Made by a program: the position numbers and the translations under genes. Below the pieces are notes generated by a model that ran no database searches, had not been told where the DNA came from, and saw only the letters and a program-made list of their open reading frames with translations. A DNA stretch of 63,437 nt, filler included, from Circinaria calcarea (taxonomy: Eukaryota): NCBI GenBank assembly GCA_051942165.1. It is 30 parts of 30 records of this genome, joined end to end, with 100 filler letters (N's around TTAATTAATTAA, not from the genome) between each part and the next. Parts side by side here need not be neighbours in the genome. Positions count along the whole stretch, not along the records: positions 33,990 to 36,004 come from JAVECS010003969.1; positions 36,105 to 38,119 come from JAVECS010003970.1; positions 38,220 to 40,233 come from JAVECS010003971.1; positions 40,334 to 42,346 come from JAVECS010003972.1; positions 42,447 to 44,458 come from JAVECS010003973.1; positions 44,559 to 46,570 come from JAVECS010003974.1; 24 more parts are not named here. One strand, 5' to 3'. Position 1 is the stretch's first letter. Each line of letters opens with the position of its first letter. This document shows positions 35,601 to 46,670 of this stretch, piece after piece.

Positions 35601-36515
35601 CCTACCCCGTTTTACCACACACCTAGATTGAATCATTACCACAATATAGGACCAAAAAACCCGCCCCACACGGACGACCTCTGTTCGCTATCCGCTTTGC
35701 TATCCGCTATTCACCACTCCGCTCGTGGTGACACATTTCCTCCTCCCTTCTCTCCTTCCCCCTTCCCTTCCCCTCTCTCCTCCCTTAAAAACCAGGATAA
35801 TTAACGAAAAAGAAAAAGAAAACAACGAGCAGTTCTGTCTGTGTCCATATTATAAGTACCCAAACACCGAAACATCGAAACCGTCCCACCCTCCTTCCAG
35901 TTTAGAAGTGACTCGTAAGAAAAAGAGAACCAAAAACAAAAGCCACAACGACAACCGCGCTTGGGAATAATCTACCCCTATCCCTTATCCCCGCAGTCGT
36001 GAGTNNNNNNNNNNNNNNNNNNNNNNNNNNNNNNNNNNNNNNNNNNNNTTAATTAATTAANNNNNNNNNNNNNNNNNNNNNNNNNNNNNNNNNNNNNNNN
36101 NNNNAAAGAATTATGAGTACAAGAGTACAAGAGAACAGGGGGTAGAATGAAATTTATCATGAGCCGATCTAAGATCAAAAGATGTATGCATAGCATTTGT
36201 TTGGAAAAGGCCATAGATAATAGGGGCTGACCGAACCCCGAACCCCCCCGGTGTTACCGACGAGTAGAGTAAAGGCGGTGTGGTCTATCGCTCTACACTC
36301 CCTGCACACCTACACACCCACCTTTTCAAAAGCCCTTCTCGCTGTACTCATATGCTAGCTAGCTTAGATTGGGTTACACACTCGGGTAGCAATACATGTC
36401 ATACATACATCTTCGCTCAACATACCAGCTACCCCGTTCCAACCGTCTAAGCCGTACACAATTTACAATCTCTCCCCCCAAAATCTCAACTCCCTCCCCC
36501 CCCCCAAAATGACGC

Positions 36516-38119
36516 TCATATCCCACTCTCCACATCAAATCTCCTCTCCTTCATCCTAACCTCCAACGGTCGCTTCTCCCACGTCAGCCATCCCTTTAGT
36601 TTCAGCCAGCTTCCGTCCGCGAGACCGGCGTCGGCGAGCTCGAGGTCGAATTGCCAGAGGAGGTTTGAAAGCACGAGGCGGATTTCGGCGATGGCGAGGC
36701 TATGGTGGAAGGAAAAGAAGTGGGGGGTTAGTGAGGTATATTCCGGGAAAGGGGGAGAGAAATGAGGGGAGTTTTGGAATAAAGGGGGAAACGAAACAAG
36801 GAAGGGAGGGAAAGAGAAAGGGATATGGGGTCCTGGTTGGAAAGTAAACTGGAGGAGTAACATGAAAGAAGAAAGATGCAGAACGGAAGGTTTCGGGCAG
36901 AGCAAAAGACGATGGGGGAAACCGGAACCTACTTCTTTCCGACACAGTTCCTCGCCCCAATGCTAAATGGCTGCATGACGTCCCTCCGATCATCGACAAA
37001 GCGTTCATCCCCCATCCATCTCTCCGGGATAAACTCGTCGGGAGCGGAAAAGTTCCGCGACGCGTGGTTCGCCGCGTAAATGTTCACTTCCACCGTCGTT
37101 CCGGGTGGGTAAAAGTTTCCAGAAATCGAAGCGCCCTCGGGAGGAACGAGACGTGGCTGACCGAGGATCCCCGGAGGACAGACACGAAGAGATTCATTGA
37201 TGACGGCTTGCAGGTAAGGAAGATCGGCGACAATGGTTTCGAGGGTCATGTCCTGCTTGTCCTTGAACCGATCACGGACCTCTTTCTGAACTTTACGGTA
37301 GCAGTCAGGATGAACGAGGAGAAGGTAGGTAGCGGCCGACAGGAGAAAAGCTGTTGTCTCACTTCCCGCGGCAATGAGAGACGGGCCAAGGCTTTGGATC
37401 TCTGGAACTGTCAGTCCCTTTTCGTCGTTGTGCTCAAGGATGTATCCGATGAAATCCGGACGTGTCGTCGTGCTTTCCATGCGGCGATTAGTCCTCTCAA
37501 CTCCCCATTCTAAAAACTCTGATCTGGCCTTGGTAGCGTTTCGCGGAACACATCGGCGAAGGAACCAAGCTACCAAGGAAAAGCGCTTCGCTTGGCCGAC
37601 AAGCATAACATGTCTAAGGGCCAGTTCAATCGCACGGATATATGGATACCACTCGGGCTTGTGGAGACAGTCAAAGGATTCCCCAAAGGAGAGGTCGCTA
37701 ATCAAATCCATGGTGAACCAGTTAAACCAGTCTGTCAGATTGACCGGCCTGTCACCATCGTCTTGGACGCGGATGCGGATCTGGCTGAAAAGGGTGTCAA
37801 CGTAAGACTGTATCAGAGGCTCCTGTTCGCGCAAAGCTTTCTCCGAGAATCCGTAGTTCAGAGAGCGGCGCATTCGAGCGTGATCGGCGTCGTTTGCGGT
37901 GACGATATCCTTGATATCTCCATACAAGACAAGGTCTTTTTGAAAGGGCCTCTGGCCTTGATGACGGCCATAAATGTCCTTCCATGCCGAAGGGGAAATG
38001 AAAGAGACTTCGTGAGGAGACACGCGGACGGTGTCGCTGTCATATTTCTCATGCAGGTCTCTGAGCCAATACGTAAGGCCGCCCCTCCAAGAAACGAGGG
38101 CAATGGGGACTTGGGATGC
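36516..38119 (-). CDS. Cytochrome P450 (CYP65-like secondary-metabolism type), 5' partial; intron 36932-36700
   Basis: AWKDIYG, I-helix AAGSETT, ESLR, PERW and heme motif FSIGARNCVG, spliced to NLAIAEIRLVLSNLLWQFDLEL. Confidence 0.95.
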
Positions 38120-38219
38120 NNNNNNNNNNNNNNNNNNNNNNNNNNNNNNNNNNNNNNNNNNNNTTAATTAATTAANNNNNNNNNNNNNNNNNNNNNNNNN
38201 NNNNNNNNNNNNNNNNNNN

Positions 38220-39200
38220 AGTGGCACTCATGACAGCCACTTTTAGAGGAACGCCGCCTCTACCCTCTTTCTTCCCTGAAACCATGTTCTTCAAGAATCC
38301 CATCACCAAGTCGACATTGACGCCCCTTTCATGCACCTCATCAACAACGACGGCACTGTATTCTCGGAGCCATGGGTCTCGCAGCATTTCTTGAAGAAGC
38401 ATACCTTCGGTAAGGAACTTGATCCTGGTGCTAGGAGAAGTTGAATTGTCGAATCGTACCGAATATCCAACCTTGCTAGCCGGGGATGAAGAACCAAGAG
38501 GAGTACCTATTTCTTCGGCAACACGTCTTGCAAGCGTAATCGCTGCAACCCTTCGGGGCTCGGTGATTGCAATGCATCCACCAACGTTAACCTTGACAAT
38601 ATTGCTAGCCTCTGATAACTCAACCGACTGCAACCTGCACCATGGCTCATCGACTAGAAACTGCGGTACTTGTGTACTTTTGCCGCTACCTGTTTCCCCA
38701 ACGAGGAGCACAACATCCTTACTACGGAGCCCTTGACGGATTTGTTCGGCATGAGACCAGATAGGTAGTGCTTTTCGTAAGCCGTCTAACGCATTAGCTT
38801 TCGCTTTGAGACTCGCATGGATATGTGATGGGCCAGGTTTGGCCGAGAGCAATGTGGACCGGTTTGAATGTGCAGTCGTACTCTTCAGCTTTCTCTCCAA
38901 GGTCGGGCGGGTCGGCTGGTTTACTACCTCATCCACACGGTGTTGTGCAGTTGGCGGAACACTGTCCGCTCCTTTGCTTTCACCAAGAGGTAGAGGCGAC
39001 CGCGTATCCGGATTGGGTGCTGGTTGCTTAACTCCCGAGTACCCTATGCTGGAAATTATTTCTGGGCGCTCTCGCTTCCTCTTCTTGCTGGCCTTTTCAA
39101 CAGCAAAGCTAGCAGCACGGGGAGTAGGTGCAGACGTAAATGTTAGTTCGTTGACTGGATGGACACCATCATCAAAACGATGATGAACGCGCTCTGGCAT
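38220..39200 (-). CDS. DHR2: DEAH-box RNA helicase Dhr2/DHX33-like, 3' partial
   Basis: GETGSGKSTQ, TEPRRVAA, VGYSVRF, TEGMLL, DEVHER and MSAT motifs. Confidence 0.8.
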
Positions 39201-39877
39201 ATTATTGCCGAGTATCTATTGGAGCAGAAATAGAAAGGAGTTCTATCAAGTAAGTTGAGGGCAAAAGTCAAGGAAGTTTCGTCTTGCCGGTCTACGCACC
39301 GCCACATGACTCCGATGCTGTAGGAATCTACGTCTATGAAGGCGTATTACTATCGATTGCTCGTATCACTAGTGAGCCCAAGAGTAAGCTGCAAAGGGGT
39401 GGTTTCTTCCATGATTCGATGCGAGTTTTGCCGTTGATGGTGTAAAATAAACGTTCTCCGTGTGTGGATTGACTGCTTCTGAAAACTACGCCGCCGTTCC
39501 GAGAAGAACGCCCATGATCGGCACTTATCCGGAGATACGGCCACCGGCTAACAAACACAGCTACCTAAGGTAAAACGAAGATAGGGCTATGACGGAGCGT
39601 GAATTAAACCCAAGCAGGGGATATTAAACGTCGAAGACGTCCATGTATCCTTTTCCCGCAGTGTTTTCAACGTCCTATAGTCTATTCGTCGATCAAGGAT
39701 TCTTTGAAATCTCCCATATGCGTGATACAGGCATTGCTGGCTAATTGCAAACAAGAAGCTTCTTAGATGAAAGTATAGTTGATTGGCTCGCCTTTTTGCC
39801 GATCCTTTTGTACTGTTCAAGAGCAAAATTTTACTACAGATACATATATGCGTGTTTGAGAAGACGTCGCACTTTAC

Positions 39878-40233
39878 ATGACCGAATCCACAGTTATCGA
39901 CGATCCTGTGTCAACCTCCACGGTAATGGAGCGTATCCCGCCGGAGATCCAGCAGGGACCGGGTTCCTTGCCCACAGAAGGTGGTGTTGGATTTGAGAAG
40001 AAATATCAGCCAATAAAGAGTCGATCAAGGGAGCAAGATGGTGTGACTCCAAGACATGGCGCCAGAAGTCGATCGAGTTCGATTCGCTCCTACGGTGACG
40101 GACATGGGTTTGCATGTGTTGGCGGGGATGAGAAGGCTCCGTCGACCGGCCATGAAGACGGACGAGTCTCGGGAAAGGCTTTTGAGGTTCAATGGGATGG
40201 TGACAACGATCCAATGAACCCTCGGAGTATGGG
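39878..40233 (+). CDS. MFS transporter (DHA1 drug:H+ antiporter type) N-terminus, 3' partial
   Basis: Hydrophilic leader ending FEVQWDGDNDPMNPRSM, the W-D-G-x-x-D-P-x-N-P motif that precedes TM1 in DHA1 transporters. Confidence 0.8.
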
Positions 40234-40333
40234 NNNNNNNNNNNNNNNNNNNNNNNNNNNNNNNNNNNNNNNNNNNNTTAATTAATTAANNNNNNNNNNN
40301 NNNNNNNNNNNNNNNNNNNNNNNNNNNNNNNNN

Positions 40334-40792
40334 TGCGGGGACGACAGCATCGCCATCCAGAACCAGGGCATCGACGCCGCGTGCGGGAACAACTCGGCCG
40401 GCTGGTACTCGGTCAAAGATTGGCTGTTCGCGTCGGGCCGCACAGCGGTGGGCACCCAGTTTTGCTTCAAAGATATGGTAGCCAAGGCGCAGCCGAGTGT
40501 TGTGGGTGGGCTTGGAGGCGTGAGCGGGTTCGTACCGAGGAACGTTGCTGACAACGAAGCTCTGGAGGGGTTCGAGACGAGGGAAGTTTTGGATGAGCTG
40601 GTGAAGAGGGAGGTGAACGAGGCGTGGGATGTTAACCCTACGGAGGTCGAAGGGTTCGAGACGAGGGCCGTTTTGGATGAGCTGGTGGAGAGAGAGGTGA
40701 ACGAGGCTTGGGATGTTAACCCTACGGAGGTTGAAGGGTTCGCGCCAAGGGATTTTGTGGATGACCTTGTGGAGAGGGAGGCAGACGAGTGA
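40334..40792 (+). CDS. Cys-containing, probably secreted protein with C-terminal Arg-terminated tandem repeats (Kex2-processed repeat protein-like), 5' partial
   Basis: Frame open from contig start: CGDDSIAIQNQGIDAACGNNSAGWYSVKDWLFASGRTAVGTQFC, followed by 28-aa repeats with KR/ER/TR/PR sites. Confidence 0.7.
   Translation, partial: CGDDSIAIQNQGIDAACGNNSAGWYSVKDWLFASGRTAVGTQFCFKDMVAKAQPSVVGGLGGVSGFVPRNVADNEALEGFETREVLDELVKREVNEAWDVNPTEVEGFETRAVLDELVEREVNEAWDVNPTEVEGFAPRDFVDDLVEREADE
40565..40789 (+). repeat. 84-nt coding tandem repeat (2 full units plus 1 partial, starting 40565, 40649, 40733)
   Basis: Units 1 and 2 differ at 7 of 84 positions; unit length is a multiple of 3. Confidence 0.95.
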
Positions 40793-41490
40793 GATTTTTC
40801 TGTTTGGCGTGGTGAAAGGGGGAGGTTGTCTTGAAAGGAAGGAGGGGGAAAATACAAAGGGAGTGATAGAATGGAAAGCCTGGTGCTAGATGGAAGGACG
40901 GAATTTACAGTAATATTTGCTTTTTTGTTATCCTCCCTCACCCTCCGCCCCCCGCCCCCCGGGATCGTATAGTATAGTACAGCATAGCATAGCCCCATGT
41001 CCTTTGTTTTTATTTCCCTTTTCTTTGTTTGGTTCATTACAGAACCCCGAACCTACCAAATCAAACCCGAAACCTGAATGAAACCTAAAACCTGAAACCG
41101 AAAACGCACAATCACTCACATCACGGCCTCATCATCTTTTCTCCGATTTTCTTTCCAATTGTAATCCAGCGCCTCTGATAGTGCGGCTCATCGCACTGCT
41201 GCACTGTCAAGGCTTCACATATATATATATGTATATATATATATGTCGTGTAGAAAAACTCCCAAATTCCAATTCCACCCTTCACAGTACCTTTGTAGTT
41301 ATAATCCATTTTTTTTATAATTTAATAAGACCTCGCCCATAGCCTGCGCGGGAGGGAGGAGATTTATTATCATAACGGCGAATTACTGCCATACCCCCCC
41401 GAATATGCCATTCCTGACTCCTGTGTATACCCCCCTATTTACTCGCGTACCCCCTTCCCTCTATACACCTCACTTTCTACACTAAATAAC

Positions 41491-41711
41491 TGTAAGGATC
41501 CTTTACGAATAGCATAACGGTCGTACGATTAAGGGTCGGTAAATTGTGTGATAATGTGCTCAATTGGTTCGTATAGCGTATGAATTATTGCTAAAGAATT
41601 CTGGTGTAACGCTTCGCGAGGAAAACCCTTCTCGCTAAGCTGATACCTCGTGACCTCGGTATATAGTTCACTCGTAGGGTTCGTAGGGGTCCTTTACTAG
41701 AGGCCCTTACA
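41491..41711. mobile_element. Solo LTR (221 bp) of an LTR retrotransposon
   Basis: Termini TGTAAGG...CCTTACA form a 7-bp inverted repeat with TG...CA ends; flanked by ATAAC (41486-41490) and ATAAT (41712-41716), a 5-bp TSD with one mismatch. Confidence 0.85.
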
Positions 41712-42446
41712 ATAATCACACATTATATATGGTTTTTTGAAATTTTTAAAAATCCCCCCCCCACCCCCCTTATTTATTAATTTTCTTATTTTCAATATCT
41801 TTTAGTACGGCACTGGCGGCGGTGTAGAGAAGCTCTAGCAACTTGCACTACCATACCGGTTTCAATGCACCCCTATTGCAACTGCACCGGGCTGGCTGCA
41901 TTATTGGAAAGCCCATGATTGTAGTCAGCTCGGCACGGATGAGATGGATGGATGGATGGGATGGGGGGTGAGAGCGTGGGGATATTCTATCTATTTTGGG
42001 CACTCTGGGGTAATTGCTAGGTAGAATAAAGATGATGGAGGGAAATATGGGAAATTATGGGAAAAAGGGAAAAAAGGAATATGGGAAAGAAAGGGGGGGG
42101 GGGCCAAATTGCTAGCTTGAATTTTTTTTTTCTGAAGTCCACTAGGAGTTTCTGTCCCTAGAGAATGGGAATGGGAATTTAGAATTTAGAATCTTGTGGT
42201 TTCCTATCAGGCCCCCCAGCCCCTCTGCCCGAAAAAAAAGCGAAAAACAAAAAGTGAAGTCGTAGAGGGAGGGGAGAGTGAAGGTGAGAAGGTGAGAAGG
42301 TGAGGGGGAAGGGGAAGGTAACTAACCATTTGCCAGGGGTACACCCNNNNNNNNNNNNNNNNNNNNNNNNNNNNNNNNNNNNNNNNNNNNTTAATTAATT
42401 AANNNNNNNNNNNNNNNNNNNNNNNNNNNNNNNNNNNNNNNNNNNN

Positions 42447-43551
42447 AGCTCGGTAGGCTCAGGGACTTTAACATCTCTAACTTTCTGCCAAAGATTTCGG
42501 CATTGTATTAGAGTCTCCATAATGGGATGATCTCGGAGCTCAATTGGATTCATGGCTCTGGCCTTGCCATCTTCGTTCTCCACGTGGGATGAAAATACAG
42601 CAAAGTACATAGTTAAAGCCGCAAGATATCCGCTCAGAGCGTTGTATTTGAGAGGCGCGATGGAAGCTGGGTTGGGGGGTGCCGTGTTACCAGCATGTTT
42701 AGCAAAATTACCACCAAGGTGTTCTTCGACAGACTTCAGTGCCGCAGCTGCCAGTCTCAATTCCTCGTATGTACTCTGCAGTTGAAGAAATTCCTTTGCG
42801 AGAGGCTGGAACTCCGGATATCTTGTAGTCAATATCTTGGTTTTCTCCTCAGGTCCCATAGAGTCTGTAATCTCCAGCTGGGGCAGTGTTTCACTGATGA
42901 CCCCGTTCCGATCATCCTGGTCATCTTGTCCCTCCCTTTTTCCAGATTCCAGCCATTCCGTTTCGTCGAAGCCAAAATCCGCTTCTGTTAATCCCTGAAG
43001 ATACTTCTTCTGCAACCTAATAGCTTCTGCCTCTTCCTCCAGAGCATCTGCCTCGGTCTCTATCACGTCTGCATTGTAGTAATCTCGCTTCGAAGTACCC
43101 CATCTGCCACTGTCTTCGTTATCAGCTGGTGCTGAAGCGTCTGAGTCGGAATCTCGTCGTGCACCCAAGACTCTCGATCTATCGAGTTCGAATTTATCTC
43201 TTACGCTCTCTCTTTCTTCGTCATCTTCGTAATCGTCCTCAGACGAGGCCGCTGCGCCTGATCCTGCTAATACTTCTTCGTCCGAAGGCTCAAGAAACTC
43301 ATCTATCGTATTCTGTCAGATTGGTGGGCAAAATCAATCGAACTATTCTAACCTGCTTCGTGTATTTTCCGCTGTCTTTTTTGCGCAGGTGCCTCTTCCA
43401 GCAGTATCTTGTCTCGATTGATGAAGAACTCGTCCTCCGAGTCCGCCACATCTTCAAAGGTATTAGTTCTCAGCTTCGCATTGCCGGGATTGAAGTCTTG
43501 TATGCTAGGCTGGTCAGAAGCCTTGCTTCCTGCTTTCCGTTTTTTAGCCAT
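42447..43551 (-). CDS. SAS10: SSU processome component Sas10/Utp3, 3' partial; intron 43352-43303
   Basis: MAKKRKA...FEDVADSEDEFFINRDKILL; WGTSKRDYYNAD; EEEAEAIRLQKK; YPEFQPLAKEF; LRDHPIMETL. The intron restores the frame. Confidence 0.92.
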
Positions 43552-44140
43552 GTTTCTGGACTTGATGTCTATGTAGAGCATAAATTCCTAAGTGAGCTCG
43601 TTATCGACATCAAAAATGTTGCCAAGACAACAAAAACCTTAGACGCACCTCACCCCAATGGGAAAAGGCGTAAGCGCCGCCCTATCATCCATTGTGCCCG
43701 AGCAGCCACCTCGACTTAAGTTGAACAGTTAAGTGAATTCCTTTTCTAATCAAGCATTTGTTTTATGTTAGTCTTATCCTTTGTCTATGCTGGATTAAGT
43801 AGCTTTCGGCCCCTCATGTTCGATGTTCAAAAGTGACGTAAGAGCTAGAAAGGAGCAGTAGATGGTTCTCTGTCTTTCATGTCCTTCTGCTACGGGGTGT
43901 GGGGGTTTACGTGAAAGGATGAGACGACATCAAATGTATATCGGTATAGCATAATCCTTTCATTAATATCGGTTAGGTGGTTTGATCTCCCGAGGGAACA
44001 ATCTCTGCTCGTTTTGACTGTGGATATAATGCTTCCAATTGCTCTTCATGTCGCTATGGGTTATATAACAATGTCGGCGTGTTCGACCAAGATGTTATCA
44101 TTTCATCCAACCGCAGTTATTACTATAGTCTAATCGACTT

Positions 44141-44458
44141 TCATTTATCGTCCCCTTCCCTTGCCCTTTTAAGTATATCAGGCTTATCATAATACTTCCA
44201 TTCGTTCTTGCTCGAGTTCAAAATACTTAAAGCATCCGAAGCGGGTATTCGGCTCTCAGGTTCCTCGACCAGCATCTTCTGAAGCACGCTTGTAAATAAA
44301 CTTTGCGCAATTTTACGAAGCTCTCCTCGAACAGCCTCGGCCTCTCGGCGGAAATGGGAAACTTTTTGTTCACGATCGTTTGCAAATCCGCCCCAATGCC
44401 TTCGATAGATCAGTTGATAGCCAGAGAGACCCATCGCCCAAACGTCAACTGCTTTACC
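44141..44458 (-). CDS. Protein kinase C-terminal lobe fragment, 5' partial
   Basis: KAVDVWAMGL (subdomain IX) and LQKMLVEEPESRIPASDAL (subdomain XI). Confidence 0.8.
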   Translation of the reverse strand, partial: GKAVDVWAMGLSGYQLIYRRHWGGFANDREQKVSHFRREAEAVRGELRKIAQSLFTSVLQKMLVEEPESRIPASDALSILNSSKNEWKYYDKPDILKRAREGDDK

Positions 44459-44559
44459 NNNNNNNNNNNNNNNNNNNNNNNNNNNNNNNNNNNNNNNNNN
44501 NNTTAATTAATTAANNNNNNNNNNNNNNNNNNNNNNNNNNNNNNNNNNNNNNNNNNNNA

Positions 44560-45168
44560 GCCCATCACTTCCTCCGTGTTACAGGTACCAGCACCGTCGC
44601 GCCTCTTGATCGCACTGTAGAGTCTATCGGTGCTCGGACCGAACTCGACCTGGTTCGCCGCCGTTTCGCCCACGATGGCGGTCTGGGCTTGATGGGCTCA
44701 CCAGGTAGTAGTTCACCAAACGCGCCGCTTCTCCTAACCACCGAAACCCCCAAGAAGGGCAAAAAGATTACTCCAGCCGTGCATCCCCTGTCGCAGAAGC
44801 AAGACCTCTGGGGCACCACCGGTAACTACAAGAAATACATTGTCGTCCGCAAACAGCCCATGTCTTTCACGTCTTCACATCAGCGTACCCTCCTGATGGA
44901 CAACGATTACATGCACATCCTGCCCGGAGAAACGGGCAAAACACTCTTCGATACCAGCGCCAAGACGACTACGGTCCCCTTTAGTATGATAGTCGGGTGT
45001 AAGGTCAGCAGGCGGCATCCAAAGACCTTTCGGGTCATTATCTTCCGGGAGAGAGAGACGAAGCGGTATGACTTTGAAGCACAGAGTGTGGGCGAGGCGG
45101 CCGAGATTGTGGAGGAGATTCGGAAGGGGATGGAGCCATTTCGGCAGCAGTTCGACGGTGGGTACTAG
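44560..45168 (+). CDS. AVO1: TORC2 subunit Avo1/Sin1 C-terminal PH domain, 5' partial
   Basis: YKKYIVVRKQPMSF...RTLLMDNDYMHILP...KRYDFEA...AEIV is the SIN1 PH signature. Confidence 0.93.
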   Translation, partial: AHHFLRVTGTSTVAPLDRTVESIGARTELDLVRRRFAHDGGLGLMGSPGSSSPNAPLLLTTETPKKGKKITPAVHPLSQKQDLWGTTGNYKKYIVVRKQPMSFTSSHQRTLLMDNDYMHILPGETGKTLFDTSAKTTTVPFSMIVGCKVSRRHPKTFRVIIFRERETKRYDFEAQSVGEAAEIVEEIRKGMEPFRQQFDGGY

Positions 45169-45967
45169 GGTTGTCTAGGTTGGAGTATGTGTAGGTGTTT
45201 GAAGGGATATGTGTCCAGGGTCGCAGGGCCGTTTGGGAGTGGAGAAGGAAATACCCCTCCCTCTGTTTTGTGCTTAGCCGACTTCTTCCTTTCGGTAAGA
45301 AGCATCGTCATCATTTCCCTACGTGCTGTGACTGGGACGAACAACCTATTCGCAGACGCCAAGGCATATCCCGTTCCACAGTCCAGACCATCGAGTCCGA
45401 ACCGCAGACTCGAGACTCGACTCTTTGGTACCATATACAGATCCAGCCAATTCACTTCGCGTATACCGTCTCACTCAACCGGTACAGCCAGAAAATCCAG
45501 GTAACTTATTCCCTCCATGCCCATCCCCAACCCCAACCCCATAGCGCTGTTCGTTCCGACTTTCCAAAATTCATTTACATGGATTTGAACCAACTATCCT
45601 CCATTAATGGTTTACCAACATCCCACGGAACCAAACACGGTGGGGGGATTCAACTTTCCTTTCCAAAAAAAGGTGACCTTTTTTCAACTGGAAAGAAAGC
45701 CCGTTGATTCTACAACCGATTTCTACATCAAAGCACTGGAAAATGAAAGGTGTGGTTCTCAATCGGACATTTTTAGCTGGCGGTACAAAACTTTTCTTTC
45801 TACCAAATAGCAAAAGCAAAAGCGGCCGCGGGGGGTCACCCCTGATCTCAAACCCATTCTCTAACCAACCGCTCCTAATTCTTCTCCCAAATCTTCGGTC
45901 CTCACGATTAGAGTAAGCCTTGCGGGTCTCCACTCTCCCGGAACTGAAACGAGCGCGGGGTGGTACC

Positions 45968-46570
45968 CTAACAAGTTCCCGTACTGCCCGTCCGATTGTA
46001 ATACATCTCGATCCTCCCGATCCGAAACACGTTATCCCGGTCGGGAGGACCGGCGCTCCATCCCTTGTCTCCGTTGCTATACAGGTCCCGCCAAAACTCA
46101 AGTCAGCCGCACCCTTATTAAACTCATTCCAGGGACCCGGGGGGGGGGGACGAAACAAACCTCCAATTATTCCACAACCACGCCCCTGGCACCGAAGGCA
46201 CGTTCTCCGTATACTCCTCCTGCTGCACGCCGTCGAGGTAGAAGACCGTTTTCCCCGGGAGCCAATCGAGTCTGTACTCGTGCATCGTGGTGGTTGCGTC
46301 TGCTGGGAGGCTGTTTGTGGCGGTGGTGGAGAGGCTACCGGCGGTGGGGTTCTGGTTCGTGTAGTGGATGCCGGACGTGAGCTTGGAGGTGAGGATCTCG
46401 ATGTCGGATTCTTGGGTGTCGCCCTTGTAGAAGAATTGGCCTGATGAGAGGGAAAAGATGTGGGTTTAGCAAAGGCGGGGATGGGATGTGGGTGGGTTGG
46501 GAATCCGGGGAGGGGAATGGAGGACTTACCGTGACAGGTCCCGGCCACATTGCTGACAATTGCCCTAGTG
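45968..46570 (-). CDS. Glycoside hydrolase family 16, 5' partial (exons 46570-46530, 46440-46161, 46076-45968); not in ORF track
   Basis: Spliced frame: GTCHGQFFYKGDTQESDIEILT (ExDxE catalytic motif)...HEYRLDWLPGKTVFYLDG...NVPSVPGAWLWNNWSNGDKGWSAGPP...MYYNRT. Confidence 0.92.
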
Positions 46571-46670
46571 NNNNNNNNNNNNNNNNNNNNNNNNNNNNNN
46601 NNNNNNNNNNNNNNTTAATTAATTAANNNNNNNNNNNNNNNNNNNNNNNNNNNNNNNNNNNNNNNNNNNN

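Noticed and set aside
34320..36004. Many Pro/Phe/Ser- or Gly/Arg-rich ORFs
   Set aside because: They arise from purine/pyrimidine-skewed intergenic DNA with long homopolymers and show no protein motifs.
40334..41037. 251-aa minus-strand Ser/Thr-rich ORF over the 84-nt repeat
   Set aside because: It is the antisense shadow; the synonymous third-position changes and the Cys/Trp domain support the plus strand.
45604..46548. 314-aa minus-strand ORF
   Set aside because: It reads through GH16 introns in the wrong frame and yields low-complexity sequence.
46444..46570. Zinc-knuckle-like GPGHIADNCP on the plus strand
   Set aside because: The first two Cys are missing and it is antisense to a well-supported GH16 exon and intron.
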